Shown here: one piece after another, positions 46,026-55,995 of the stretch
How the letters are laid out: each line of letters opens with the position of its first letter
Numbering within the stretch: position 1 is the stretch's first letter
From: a virus
Taxonomy: Duplodnaviria > Caudoviricetes
Direction: 5' to 3' (one strand)
IMG/VR virus record: IMGVR_UViG_3300037484_000435
Location: 416,001-480,000 of that record
DNA length: 64,000 bases
The notes under the pieces: generated by a model
Told to the model about the DNA's origin: nothing
What the model saw: the letters and a program-made list of their open reading frames with translations, nothing else
Database searches by the model: none
Position numbers and translations under genes: made by a program

Positions 46026-46929
46026 GTGGTTGCATATCGCCCGTTAGGGATTAGCTGAAATTGTAGTGACTCGAATCACAATCCAGACAATCCCTAGCCC
46101 CCGACGAACAACGAATACAGGGTTTAGCACCCGTGTTATATCCGTAGCCGAGGTCATCCAAGACGTTTACGGACCTTTCTGCGAGGAACTCTTCGTCCTC
46201 GCGAATTGTCCGCTTCTCTGTCCGACGATCCACCTTTCGGCCCATCCTCAACTCCTTTCGAAAGAAAAAAGGCACACAGGTAATTACCTGCATGCCTGTT
46301 GGGTTCGGGGATTACCGTTTTCCAAAAGAGGTTCCAAGGTTTTCCTTCAGGAGGGCACCGAGGCTGGAAGCGGGTTGCTCCTCTTCTTCGGTGTACGGAA
46401 CAGGATTATCTGGGCACTGACAACAATGGTCGTCATACCCAAAATTGTCCTTATACTTCCTGCACACCGTCTGGCAATACTCCTCCTGTTCCTCTTTGGT
46501 CACCTCGTGGCGATTGAAGACCACTTTAGAGCCTGAGATATTGATGTCGTTACTTGTCAGACGACGCCCATCAATAGACCAAGCCTCTATCTCGATCTTC
46601 ACCCTGCAACACGAACTGTGAATCAGTGCTCGAAAGTCTGGATGGTCCACGATCTTTCTCCACAAATAATCGATGTCTGTAGCAGACATAGGTATTGTGA
46701 GTCGATCGTTGGTTATGATGGTAACCAAATAGACCTTCCACGCTTCCGACTCCCAGCGGGCGGGCCTGATGAAGGTCCAAACCGCAATGGCCATTGCTGT
46801 GGTGTAATCGATCCAATTCCGGATCTGACCATCAACCACAAAAAGAGTTTCCTTGGTTTCTCGGTTGTTTGACATGATCGACCTCCGCTCTTTTGGTTGG
46901 CGTGCGATGCACGCAGGCTATCTTTTATA

Positions 46930-46980
46930 ACCCATTTATCATTTAATATACCTTGGGAAAGAGGGTACTTTCCTTTAAGG
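46930..46980. repeat. Dispersed hairpin element, copy 7
   Basis: ACCC..TATA-CCTTG-GGAAAG-agggta-CTTTCC-TTTAAGG. Confidence 0.75.
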
Positions 46981-47012
46981 TAAATTAGAAAAACATGTGA
47001 GTAGGTGTATGT

Positions 47013-48204
47013 AAAATTTTTTAACTAACTTAGTTTTTAGAGTAAGAAGTTAAAAATTTTAATGATGAGGTGATCTCAATTTGTTAACCTACAAATTCAG
47101 AATGTATCCAACAAAAATACAACAGGCAAAGCTCTGGAAACATGCAAATTTGTTGAATCGGCTTTACAATTACTTCCTAAAACAACGTTTAGAAGCATTT
47201 GAAAAGAATGAGCCAAGAATTTATCGCTATCAGCAACAGGCTGAATTGGTTCAATTAAAAAAGGATATCCCAGAGATTAAAGAGATCCATGCTCAAGTTT
47301 TACAACAAGTTCCGTTAAGATTGGATAATGCTTATACCGCGTTTCTTAAGAGAATCAAATTAAAACAAGGAAAGCCTTGCTATAGGAGTTGCCACAATTT
47401 CTTTGGAATTACTTATCCTCAGAGCGGGTACAAAATAACTAAAACAAGTCTCTGCACAAAAGCATATGGAAAAATAAAACTTTTCCAGCACCGAGGAGTT
47501 ATTGGAGAAATAAAACAAATCAAAATAATTTGCAAAAATGAGAAGTGGTTCGTATGTGTAACAACTGACCACAGGTTACCAACTTCTACCTCTGGGTCTA
47601 GAATGATTGGTTTAGATTTAGGTATTGCTAACTTGGTAGCAACCTCCGAAGGGGAAATTATACCCAATAGAAGTCACGCACGTTACTTTAATAAACAAAT
47701 CAACAAACTGAGATCACATCAGGATAAAAAATGCAAAAAAAACTCAAGGAGGCATAAATTTCTTTCTAGGTCTATTAGTAAGTTGTATGGTGCAAAAGTT
47801 AGAAAAACAAATGATTTTTTGCACAAGGTGTCTAGACGCCTAACCCTAAAATATGATACAATTGTTATTGAAGACCTTACACTGAAGAAGATGTCGGAAT
47901 CTAATATTAGAGGGTTAAACCGCGAATTGCGGAACAGTTGCTTAGCACGATTTATATATTACTTAAGTTACAAAGCCGAACGTTTAATAAAGGTTAATCC
48001 TATGAATACTTCCAAGATGTGTAATCGTTGTGGCCGTATTCATGATATGCCTTTATCAAAACGTACATTGGTTTGTGAGTGTGGAAATGTTGTAGATCGA
48101 GATGTTAATGCAGCTCAAAACATACTTTGCTTGGGACGAGCCTATTTATTAAATTTAATAGATAGTACTGCGATACTAACGCAGGAAGTGCTTGCACAGT
48201 TCAC
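47013..48204 (+). mobile_element. Non-autonomous IS200/IS605-type element carrying tnpB
   Basis: Left hairpin 47013-26/47048-60; right-end-like CAGGAAG..GTTCAC ending at 48204; opposite strand to its neighbours; no tnpA; left boundary approximate. Confidence 0.6.
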
Positions 48205-48244
48205 TAACCCTTCTTTCATGAAATATAACCTTAAAGTAGGGTAA
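47081..48244 (+). CDS. tnpB: RNA-guided endonuclease TnpB
   Basis: YKFRMYPT HTH, RuvC-I IGLDLG, RuvC-II VIEDL, zinc finger CNRCG..CECG, RuvC-III DRDVNAAQNI; catalytic residues intact. Confidence 0.95.
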   Translation: MLTYKFRMYPTKIQQAKLWKHANLLNRLYNYFLKQRLEAFEKNEPRIYRYQQQAELVQLKKDIPEIKEIHAQVLQQVPLRLDNAYTAFLKRIKLKQGKPCYRSCHNFFGITYPQSGYKITKTSLCTKAYGKIKLFQHRGVIGEIKQIKIICKNEKWFVCVTTDHRLPTSTSGSRMIGLDLGIANLVATSEGEIIPNRSHARYFNKQINKLRSHQDKKCKKNSRRHKFLSRSISKLYGAKVRKTNDFLHKVSRRLTLKYDTIVIEDLTLKKMSESNIRGLNRELRNSCLARFIYYLSYKAERLIKVNPMNTSKMCNRCGRIHDMPLSKRTLVCECGNVVDRDVNAAQNILCLGRAYLLNLIDSTAILTQEVLAQFTNPSFMKYNLKVG

Positions 48245-48264
48245 GAGGGTACCCTAATTGAAGG
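48207..48264. repeat. Dispersed hairpin element, copy 8 (overlaps the tnpB stop)
   Basis: ACCC..TATAA-CCTT-aaag-TAGGGTA-agaggg-TACCCTA-attg-AAGG. Confidence 0.7.
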
Positions 48265-48312
48265 ATATATAGAAGAGGTAGGTAAGCATACACGTACATG
48301 CCCATTTTTATA

Positions 48313-48362
48313 ACCCTTCAGTCTTTGAATATACTTCTGGGTTAGAGGGTCTAACTTGAAGG
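48313..48362. repeat. Dispersed hairpin element, copy 9
   Basis: ACCC..TATA-CTTC-tgg-GTTAG-agggt-CTAAC-tt-GAAGG. Confidence 0.7.
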
Positions 48363-48798
48363 TACATTGACTTTTGTATTGTCTTAGTCTTTGTTTGATT
48401 GATTAGGCATATAAGCCCCTACATGAGGGACTTATACACCTTTAGCTGGATTCTATGTCCGAATTGTCTTTTCGGGATAGAGGGAAATCTCCCATTGAAT
48501 AGCAAGAATTTGATTGGAGCGACTACCGATGTTGTGGCGACTCACAACTTCAAGACCCAGATCGCCATAATCACCACCAGTCTGCATCAACGAGGTGTGA
48601 ACAAAAAGCCAGAGATAAGTCATTTGGATTCCTCCTGTTTACGAGCATGGAGCAGACATGCAAGAGTTTGTTCTGCATTTGAATAAGCCATTTGTAACCA
48701 AACCTTGGTTTTCTCGTTACTATATTCTCCCTGAGCCTTTTCTACATCTCGTCGAAGCATTTCCGCATCTTCAATAAGGTCAAGTAGGGGAGTTACAC

Positions 48799-49296
48799 TC
48801 ATGGAGCTTTCCTTTCTCGTTTTTGTAGATTACTTCTAATTTTTGTCAACCGAGAACAAAACTCTTGAGTAGTGAGTATTGTTTGTCGAGGGTCGTTTTT
48901 GCCGATGGTGTGAGTAAGAACTGCATCTCGTGATGCTAAGAGGGCACGTCGGGCGGAATCATTCTGAATGAACATTGCATTGTAAGCACGATCCAACAGC
49001 TCTTGGTATTCTTTTGAGAACCTATCGATTTCTTTCCCACGCCACCATATCTTTCCGTCTCTTTGCCACTTCTTGCCCTTACCCTTGAACTTAGCCTTTC
49101 TCCCCACCAGACGGCAAACTTCTATCTGCATATCAGGATTGGAGAACTTCAAACTTTGTAAGAAGCCTTCCATCGATGCTATGTTTATGCCGTCCAGAAC
49201 GAAAGGATGTGGGGAAAAGTTTGATAAGGCATCCGCTGGGCAGGCTTTTCCGCTTCCTATATCCATAACTATCACCTCGAAAGTTTTCTCCTCCAC
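48799..49296 (-). CDS. T4 gp30.3-like (NADAR-superfamily) protein
   Basis: ALSNFSPHPFVLDG..ASMEGFLQSLKF..IWWRGKEIDR..FIQNDSARRALL. Confidence 0.7.
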   Translation of the reverse strand: MEEKTFEVIVMDIGSGKACPADALSNFSPHPFVLDGINIASMEGFLQSLKFSNPDMQIEVCRLVGRKAKFKGKGKKWQRDGKIWWRGKEIDRFSKEYQELLDRAYNAMFIQNDSARRALLASRDAVLTHTIGKNDPRQTILTTQEFCSRLTKIRSNLQKRERKAP

Positions 49297-49756
49297 AATG
49301 ATGACTGAAGGCTGTTGTCGCTCCTTTCATGCTGGCGCATCCCCTCTACCAAGATTTCATATTGACCCTCACTAGGCCAAGAAGGTTTCCAAGATAAAGG
49401 TGGAATAAAATTAGTCACGAATTCCCACCCAGCATTTTCCAAAGTTTGTATTTCTTTTGATGATAGAATCATTCCTCTCATCCTTACCTCCCCTTTAAGA
49501 TTTTTTTATTCCCCGCCCGCTTAATCACAGGGTATGTGTGTTATTGAGACAGCATATGGAGTTGTCAGCATCGCATAACATTTACCATCCTTCTTCACGT
49601 AACGAATTCTATTGGTGAGTTGTTCTGTTGGTGATCGTGTCTCTACAGGAACTTGATGAGTAACAGCAAAGTAAACGACTGAAGAGTAGAATACAAACGC
49701 CATCAGAACGACAATCACAATATCTTTTGTAGTCCCACGGACTAACATCCGTTGCC

Positions 49757-49975
49757 TCACGTACTTCCTCCTGTTACTGGTGTGGGTTTAGGGTCTTTCT
49801 TGGCGGGATTATACCACCCCTCGGGATTTCCCTTCAACAGGAACGTACACCCGCTAATTATTCTGTATGCGGTATTCCCGCATTTACATGGAATTTTCTC
49901 TTCAGCGTCTTTCATCGAAATAAACACTTCTGTTTTTTCGTTGCATACTGAACAATAATACTCGTAAATTGGCAC
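49757..49975 (-). CDS. FmdB-family zinc-ribbon protein
   Basis: MPIYEYYCSVC..CKCG..RIIS..GWY. Confidence 0.85.
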   Translation of the reverse strand: MPIYEYYCSVCNEKTEVFISMKDAEEKIPCKCGNTAYRIISGCTFLLKGNPEGWYNPAKKDPKPTPVTGGST

Positions 49976-50290
49976 ACTTATCCTCCTATTCTCATTTAAT
50001 ACTTTATGTTTTGTCCCCGCGGTCCTTCTTCATGGGTCCACTGGCCTCCCCCGAAAAGGGTGAGGGGTATTCCTCGCCATCCAGTATTAGACTATCATCT
50101 TTAAGCCACTGTTGCAAACGAGGAATGAGCTGTTCAACTTGGTCCTGTGTTAACTGGAAGTAAGCTCCCTTACAGAATATCGTGAGCCTATTAAAGTCAT
50201 CGCCCAACAATGAACACTCATTACCGTTGGCATCCACAAACTCATAGTGGGTGTATCCATTACCATCAGCCCACCCGTAATTTGTTTTCT

Positions 50291-50920
50291 TCATGCTACC
50301 CTCGTATCAAAAACTTTTTCATCTGGTTTAGGGCATATACCCTTACCATGATTAACGGGTTCTTCACAAGCATAGGGGTTAAATTTTTTTCCGCGTGCGT
50401 CCTCGGTATATTGGGATATTCCTACCCCAAACCCGCTTCCTCTACCTGCTTGAGATATGCGGTCAATTAGTTCTATCTGCCTCTCCCCCGGGGGCTTGCT
50501 ACTCCAGCCACGAATAAGGGCCCTAGAAAGGTCATCAGCAGGATTTGCACGTGACCCTATCCATTCAACCTTCCACCAGCGAAAACGCGACAGTTCGGCC
50601 CATATGGCTCTCTGGTAGAATTTGTATTTTCTCTTCTTAGACGGTGGCTGGTCTATAGATTTAGTTACGCTATCGTTGTCTCCCATTGCTTTTATCATAG
50701 GCACACCCCTGTTAGCGGTATGCTTGAGGAGCCACAAAAGAGCCATGTATTCTCCCTCTTGTGTATCCCCAATCTCGGGAACCACGATAGAATCCACATG
50801 TACCACCTGTTGGTATGGGTTTACCACTACTATTCCTAATCCTGTGATGTGTTCCTCAACACAAGTCACAGCATCAAAATAGCCTTGGTAAAACCAATCT
50901 TTTATTCCACTCTCTTTCAC
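50291..50920 (-). CDS. Second RNase HI-like protein
   Basis: GYFDA, GEYMALL, MGDNDSV, KVEWIGSRANPADDLSR. Confidence 0.65.
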   Translation of the reverse strand: MKESGIKDWFYQGYFDAVTCVEEHITGLGIVVVNPYQQVVHVDSIVVPEIGDTQEGEYMALLWLLKHTANRGVPMIKAMGDNDSVTKSIDQPPSKKRKYKFYQRAIWAELSRFRWWKVEWIGSRANPADDLSRALIRGWSSKPPGERQIELIDRISQAGRGSGFGVGISQYTEDARGKKFNPYACEEPVNHGKGICPKPDEKVFDTRVA

Positions 50921-51284
50921 TTCACTTTTTTAACCTCCGTAATTTATGGGTAGGTGACGAAGCACCTACCCGTGAATACATTTAAACCTCTAGTCTATCC
51001 AGAGCATTAGCCACAAGTTGGCTGAGAGATTCCAGCTCAGCACATATAACATTAATCCGCTCGGCATACTCAGGAGTCTCATTTACTGCTCTCAGCATTG
51101 CCTTCACATTCTCAGCCACAGGCAGGACTGGTCTTGATACAGGGTCCAACCTTTTAATTAGTTTTTCTATGTTCTCTCTGAGGACGACTGATTCAGACTC
51201 TAAGTGTCCAATACCAGTAGGAATTTGTTTTGACTCTGTTATAATACTACCTGTTTGTGTTTGTGTTCTTTCCATTTCTTTTCC

Positions 51285-52235
51285 TTATTTCTTTGACTTT
51301 ACTGTCGCTACACCCTCATACTTAGGAAACTGAAAGTCATCGGGGTCGTCCATGTCATTCCACGATGGGTGTGAACCATTAGCTTCCTTTATATCGAGTA
51401 GGTTAGAGAGAAGACACTCTTTGAATTCCATAATCTGTTTAACCTTAGCTGGGCTAGTATAGTTCCACACCGCAATAACATTCCTAGGTGCGGCGGTCGT
51501 TACGCCCATGGCCATGAGCTTTGGATAGTTGAGCTTAACCATCTTATAGGGTTCACCCAATTTCTTTACGTAAGCGTCATCTAGGCTTGCTAAGGTAAAC
51601 ACGGAAGGGTCTAGATTATCAACCCATTCAATGGGCCAACCCGCCGTAGCAAAGACTGCAACTGCTTCACCACTTTTTAACATGTTGGTGGCTTCTGCAG
51701 GAGTCTTAGTTCGGACCAAGACCAAACCCGCTTGGAGTCTCTCATTCAGAAACTCACCAGTAACGATGGCACTACCAAAACAAGCAATCTTCTTACCTTT
51801 GAGGTCCCGCAAGTCTTGTATAACCATCTTCTCTTCTTTGCCCATGCCCAATTTACTTAACCAACCCCCGCTACTCTTAGACGCACTGCCGTCTTTCAGT
51901 ACAATTATGTGCAGGGAGTTAAAATGCATACCAACTAAACCACGCACATTCTTTAATACATTCGGGTCTGTGCGTTTAGCCATTTCGAGGACGTCTTCAG
52001 GAACCACACCCATATTAACTTTCCTAGTTAAGATGAGGTCTAGGTTATCAAACCCACCTGTGGTTTCTGTGTATTCCTTAACCATGGTGCACGCGGGCAC
52101 TATATTCTTGAACATCATAGAATAAGTCGATTTAGCATTTCCTGTAGCCAATGTCAATTCCTGTGCATATGATGGGGCAATTATAACCATCATTAATAAA
52201 ATTGTCAATACGAACATTTTCAATTTTGTAAGCAT
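51285..52235 (-). CDS. Secreted TAXI/TRAP solute-binding-like protein
   Basis: Signal peptide; LATG..KSTYS, TTGGFDNL..L...VNMGVV..D, LHIIV, DLRDLKGKKIA. Confidence 0.7.
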   Translation of the reverse strand: MLTKLKMFVLTILLMMVIIAPSYAQELTLATGNAKSTYSMMFKNIVPACTMVKEYTETTGGFDNLDLILTRKVNMGVVPEDVLEMAKRTDPNVLKNVRGLVGMHFNSLHIIVLKDGSASKSSGGWLSKLGMGKEEKMVIQDLRDLKGKKIACFGSAIVTGEFLNERLQAGLVLVRTKTPAEATNMLKSGEAVAVFATAGWPIEWVDNLDPSVFTLASLDDAYVKKLGEPYKMVKLNYPKLMAMGVTTAAPRNVIAVWNYTSPAKVKQIMEFKECLLSNLLDIKEANGSHPSWNDMDDPDDFQFPKYEGVATVKSKK

Positions 52236-52256
52236 AACTTTCGAATCTACCTTTTA

Positions 52257-52391
52257 CTATTTCCTAAACATTGAAGGTGGATTATCCACCGGGGTTGTAG
52301 TAGTTGTGGTTGTTGATGTATTCATCGCGAGTAACACCAGAATAATCAACAACACGAAAACACATATCCGCCTGAACCATGTCCAAAACAT
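52257..52391 (-). CDS. 44-aa single-TM peptide
   Basis: MFWTWFRRICVFVLLIILVLLAMNTSTTTTTTTPVDNPPSMFRK, with GGGGA RBS. Confidence 0.5.
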   Translation of the reverse strand: MFWTWFRRICVFVLLIILVLLAMNTSTTTTTTTPVDNPPSMFRK

Positions 52392-52393
52392 TT

Positions 52394-53164
52394 TTATTCC
52401 CCTAGTTGACGTACGCTGGGGGCAGTTGCGGGGGTGTACTCCGGTATACTTTCCAGATGTGCCGCTTGGTCAAGAACAGTCTGTACTTCCAGCTCGCCAA
52501 AGACTTGGTCAAACTGAGCTTCAACTTCCTTGAATGCCTCATCAGTAAGAAGTTTATTGACTATATCCTTTTCTCCGTCTGCTGCATTCATAGACTGCAT
52601 TGCTGCCTTTCCAGTTTTGGCAAACTCCCATTCGAATGATTTACGTTTGATTTCTTTTTCGTATTCTTGCACAGCCTTCTTAGCCAACTTTAATTTGTCC
52701 AAGTGCTTATTATAGAAAGCAACCATGGCTGACAAGGATTTGTTGGGGCCAGAGAGGTCGTGGTCAGGGTCGAGTTTAGCTTCTTCTTCAATCATACGTC
52801 GCATGTTACTCACATGCCCCGATATTGTAGCCAAAGCTTTTTCGAACTGAGTTAATTGAGTAACCCTCTCTATTAATCTATTTTGCATCTGTTCGATAGG
52901 GTTTTGCCTAGCTTCTGCCTTTCTCCAAGAAAGTATTCTGTTCTCCAACTTCTGACCTACGAGAGGCAAGGCATAAATCATGCCCGCCCCCGCAGCACCT
53001 ACAATACCTAGGCCTAAGAGACCGAGACCGGCCAAAAAAGCACTGTAGATAATCGGTAAAGCTAGTGCTAAGCCGACAGCGGATGCCACAATAACACCAC
53101 CACGGATAACCCAGACTTGTTGATTTTGTTTTATCCCTGGTATTAGGGACGCCGCATCTCCCAT
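52394..53164 (-). CDS. Membrane-anchored coiled-coil protein
   Basis: Two N-terminal Gly/Ala-rich TM segments followed by long heptad repeats. Confidence 0.7.
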   Translation of the reverse strand: MGDAASLIPGIKQNQQVWVIRGGVIVASAVGLALALPIIYSAFLAGLGLLGLGIVGAAGAGMIYALPLVGQKLENRILSWRKAEARQNPIEQMQNRLIERVTQLTQFEKALATISGHVSNMRRMIEEEAKLDPDHDLSGPNKSLSAMVAFYNKHLDKLKLAKKAVQEYEKEIKRKSFEWEFAKTGKAAMQSMNAADGEKDIVNKLLTDEAFKEVEAQFDQVFGELEVQTVLDQAAHLESIPEYTPATAPSVRQLGE

Positions 53165-53185
53165 CCACTTTTCTCCTTTTTACTT

Positions 53186-54280
53186 TTAAGCAAACTCTGT
53201 TCCTTTCCCCTTCGCGTGTCGGTCCTCATACGCATCGGATTTGTATTTCAAAATGACACGCCCAAATGCTGGGTCGTATCTTTCTTCCTGGGGTCTTATA
53301 ATTACACCCTCACTCATATGAGCGGATTCGGGTGGCATTAGTTGGGTGTTCTGGTTTGCACACTCCTTCATCCCTTCTTCGCTATAAGGTCCCACATAAA
53401 CGATTGGAACAAACTCTACATTGTGTTTGCGACACCAATCTTCAGCTTCTTGCCAGTTTAGGAATTTCCCATCCACACTAATATCGAACGCTCGATAGGC
53501 TAGTTCATTGTTGCGTCCGTATTTAAGGTCCTGCACACGACCAAATATTTCACCATAAACTATGACCGCATGTGCATGATAGGTAATCCTAATTTCCTCT
53601 AACATAGGCTCGACCAACTTAAGCGGGTATTGATAGAGGCTCAACTTCTTTGGGTCACCTTCTACAGGGTCCACATATTTCTTTCGTGTGTTGTGGGAAC
53701 CAATCATGTATATTAGGTCATCCCCGTCTTGAATCAAACCTACCTTTGAATTCGTGCCATGAATTTTTTCTTCGTAGCATACTAGTTCACCCCGTGTGAA
53801 TAAGTCAGGATAATTCCTCCAGTTCTCAACATGAGAGTAGTTAGTAAACAAAGGGTGGTCTTGTTCTTGGTCCCCAGAGTTTGGGACTAGTGGTTGTACA
53901 TATTTTGTTATGCCCAACTGTTCGGAAACTTCTTGTCCTACTTCAAAGTCCCAAACATTTGAGGCCGCTATCCCAAAGCTGAACTCTTGACGAAGTTTCA
54001 CCTGCCCAACACGGTTCCCCTTCTTCAAGTATTTTACAACATCGAGTTGCTCAGCCAATTCTTGCGGGAGAACAGCGTCAGGTGGAATAAAAACCCTTAA
54101 TTCACCTACCTGTGGATTCGTATCTTTATGTGTGCATACCTGCCAGCCCATAATTTCAATTAACAATAAGTTATCTGCATTTGGGTGCGGTTTTACTTCC
54201 TTTATAGGCACACAACGAACAATTAGACTACTTGGCATATATACTCCTTGAGAGGTAGGTCCCCCATAACGAGGGACCAC
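53186..54280 (-). CDS. ATP-dependent RNA ligase, DRB0094/Rnl2-like
   Basis: HPNADNL N-domain; motif I EEKIHGTN, VYGEIFG, YRAFDI, EGVIIR, ILKYKS. Confidence 0.9.
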   Translation of the reverse strand: MVPRYGGPTSQGVYMPSSLIVRCVPIKEVKPHPNADNLLLIEIMGWQVCTHKDTNPQVGELRVFIPPDAVLPQELAEQLDVVKYLKKGNRVGQVKLRQEFSFGIAASNVWDFEVGQEVSEQLGITKYVQPLVPNSGDQEQDHPLFTNYSHVENWRNYPDLFTRGELVCYEEKIHGTNSKVGLIQDGDDLIYMIGSHNTRKKYVDPVEGDPKKLSLYQYPLKLVEPMLEEIRITYHAHAVIVYGEIFGRVQDLKYGRNNELAYRAFDISVDGKFLNWQEAEDWCRKHNVEFVPIVYVGPYSEEGMKECANQNTQLMPPESAHMSEGVIIRPQEERYDPAFGRVILKYKSDAYEDRHAKGKGTEFA

Positions 54281-54295
54281 ACCTGTAAATCCGAC

Positions 54296-54622
54296 TTAGG
54301 CCTTTTTGGCTTTCTTAGCCGCCTTAGCAGGCTTCAGTGAGGCCTTCACTGTGTCCTTCACAGTAGAAGCGAACTTGAATGTGGGGGCCACGGTAGCGGG
54401 AATCTTAATCTTTTCGCCCGTCTTGGGGTTCACACCATTTCTAGCTGCACGCTGGGCAACCTTGAATGTACCCAAGCCAGCGATTCGTACTTGGCCGCCA
54501 CTTGCCAACACTGCGTTAATCTGGTCAACCAACAAATTGATTGTAGCCGCCGCACCCTTCTTGGTGCCACCTGTAAGTTCGGCCAACCTAGAGGCCAATT
54601 CCGTCTTGTTTACTGCTTCCAT
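54296..54622 (-). CDS. hup: HU family DNA-binding protein with Lys/Ala tail
   Basis: NKTEL..V.IAGLGTFKV..RAARNGVNPKTGEKIKIPA..PTFK. Confidence 0.95.
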   Translation of the reverse strand: MEAVNKTELASRLAELTGGTKKGAAATINLLVDQINAVLASGGQVRIAGLGTFKVAQRAARNGVNPKTGEKIKIPATVAPTFKFASTVKDTVKASLKPAKAAKKAKKA

Positions 54623-54975
54623 AATATCTTCCTTTTCCTTTTTCTAATCCTCTCCATGTTTTTTCTTTGTATTTGGAGAGAACGCTTTGTTTGGGGTCTC
54701 CGGGACCCATGTTCCGTTGGTAATCTACCTATCCTTTAAAGACAGGTGCTTTCATTCCTCATCATCGTCTTCATTAAATTTTCCGTCCAGCACATCCTGC
54801 AACGTGCCTTCCATCTCCCACGTGTGGTGACAGCATGTGCACCAGAACTCGACCAAGGGCATTATGACCTTGGGCCTGTGCTCAAGCCATACACCCTGTA
54901 CTTGAAAATAAGTGGGGGATGCGACATCCACGTTATGAACACCCAACAAGTTGGAGCCACATTGTCCGCAATGAA

Positions 54976-55995
54976 TCATGACGGTACCCCGATCCACGAC
55001 CAGCGCCAACTTGAGTATGTTTTGAAATTACAGTCATTTGGTTTAATCTTTTGACTCAGGCGCTTGCCTGTTTTTAAATCGTGTAAACTCAATCGATCCC
55101 CCTTATACCCCCCAATATAAGTTAATTGATATGTAGGGTGTTTAATTATACTACCACGCTTAAATCCCAAACTCATCGTGCTCCCGTAACGTTCGGGATT
55201 GCCTCCCTTCTTTAAATGAAATCGATGAAGTTGCCTGCGGTGAAATCGTAAAAATTCAACTCTTAGAATTCTTGTCATTGGGTTTAAATTCTTACTAAAG
55301 AAAAGTTCTGTTAAACAATGAGAGTCGACATTATGGGCTTCCCAAGACTCTTCTAACTTGTTTGTGGCCTTTCTAAATTCTCTTTTTTCGCGATGTTTCT
55401 TTGTGGCAGATCCAAGTATTTTATAAAAACCAAACCTTTCTGTAAAAAATTCATATAACCAAGTTTTACCAACCTCCAAGTTACTAAAAGCATCATTCCA
55501 TTTCGAATGTCCTTTCTTAGTGAAAGCTTTAATATCTTCAATGATAATATCCGTGATTGGTAAAATCTTGTTAAGCCAACTCACTAAACGAATCTTTGTT
55601 TGCCATCTGGCTTTTATTGAGGGTGGCAAAAAAGCCTTGTTTTTTCCCTTGTAGGGATTAGGTTTTCTACAAGGTGTTTTACGTGAACGTCTGGCTTTAC
55701 GCATGTCTCGTCGTGTAGACATAGACTCACTCACCCAATCAGGGGTATTAGTGAGAATGTTTAGCACTACTTGTTTTTCTGTTGCAACCGTATAGGCCTC
55801 CCGCTTGGATCCTGTATCTATCCCAACTACAACTTTCTGTTTTTTATCGTCAGATGGTTCAGTATTGAGCCTTACACAGAATATTCCTCTCTTCCAAAAC
55901 GGAGTTGCTTTACCTAATTTAATCCATCGTCTGGCCCTAGAAGGAGTTGTAGGCATTAAAGGGTTTTGCTCTTTGTCAATTACTGGAACTAACAT
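54976..55995 (-). CDS. isrB: IsrB (HNH-less IscB-family OMEGA nickase)
   Basis: PLMP domain, RuvC-I GIDTGSK, bridge helix RRDMRKARRSR, RuvC-II IIIED, RuvC-III HNVDS; no HNH insert; 339 aa. Confidence 0.85.
   Translation of the reverse strand: MLVPVIDKEQNPLMPTTPSRARRWIKLGKATPFWKRGIFCVRLNTEPSDDKKQKVVVGIDTGSKREAYTVATEKQVVLNILTNTPDWVSESMSTRRDMRKARRSRKTPCRKPNPYKGKNKAFLPPSIKARWQTKIRLVSWLNKILPITDIIIEDIKAFTKKGHSKWNDAFSNLEVGKTWLYEFFTERFGFYKILGSATKKHREKREFRKATNKLEESWEAHNVDSHCLTELFFSKNLNPMTRILRVEFLRFHRRQLHRFHLKKGGNPERYGSTMSLGFKRGSIIKHPTYQLTYIGGYKGDRLSLHDLKTGKRLSQKIKPNDCNFKTYSSWRWSWIGVPS

Noticed and set aside
47081-48244. Nuclease-dead TldR-type TnpB regulator
   Set aside because: All three RuvC acidic residues are present.
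54976-55995. Cas9 or full IscB
   Set aside because: 339 aa, no HNH domain between RuvC-II and RuvC-III, and no CRISPR array; this fits IsrB.
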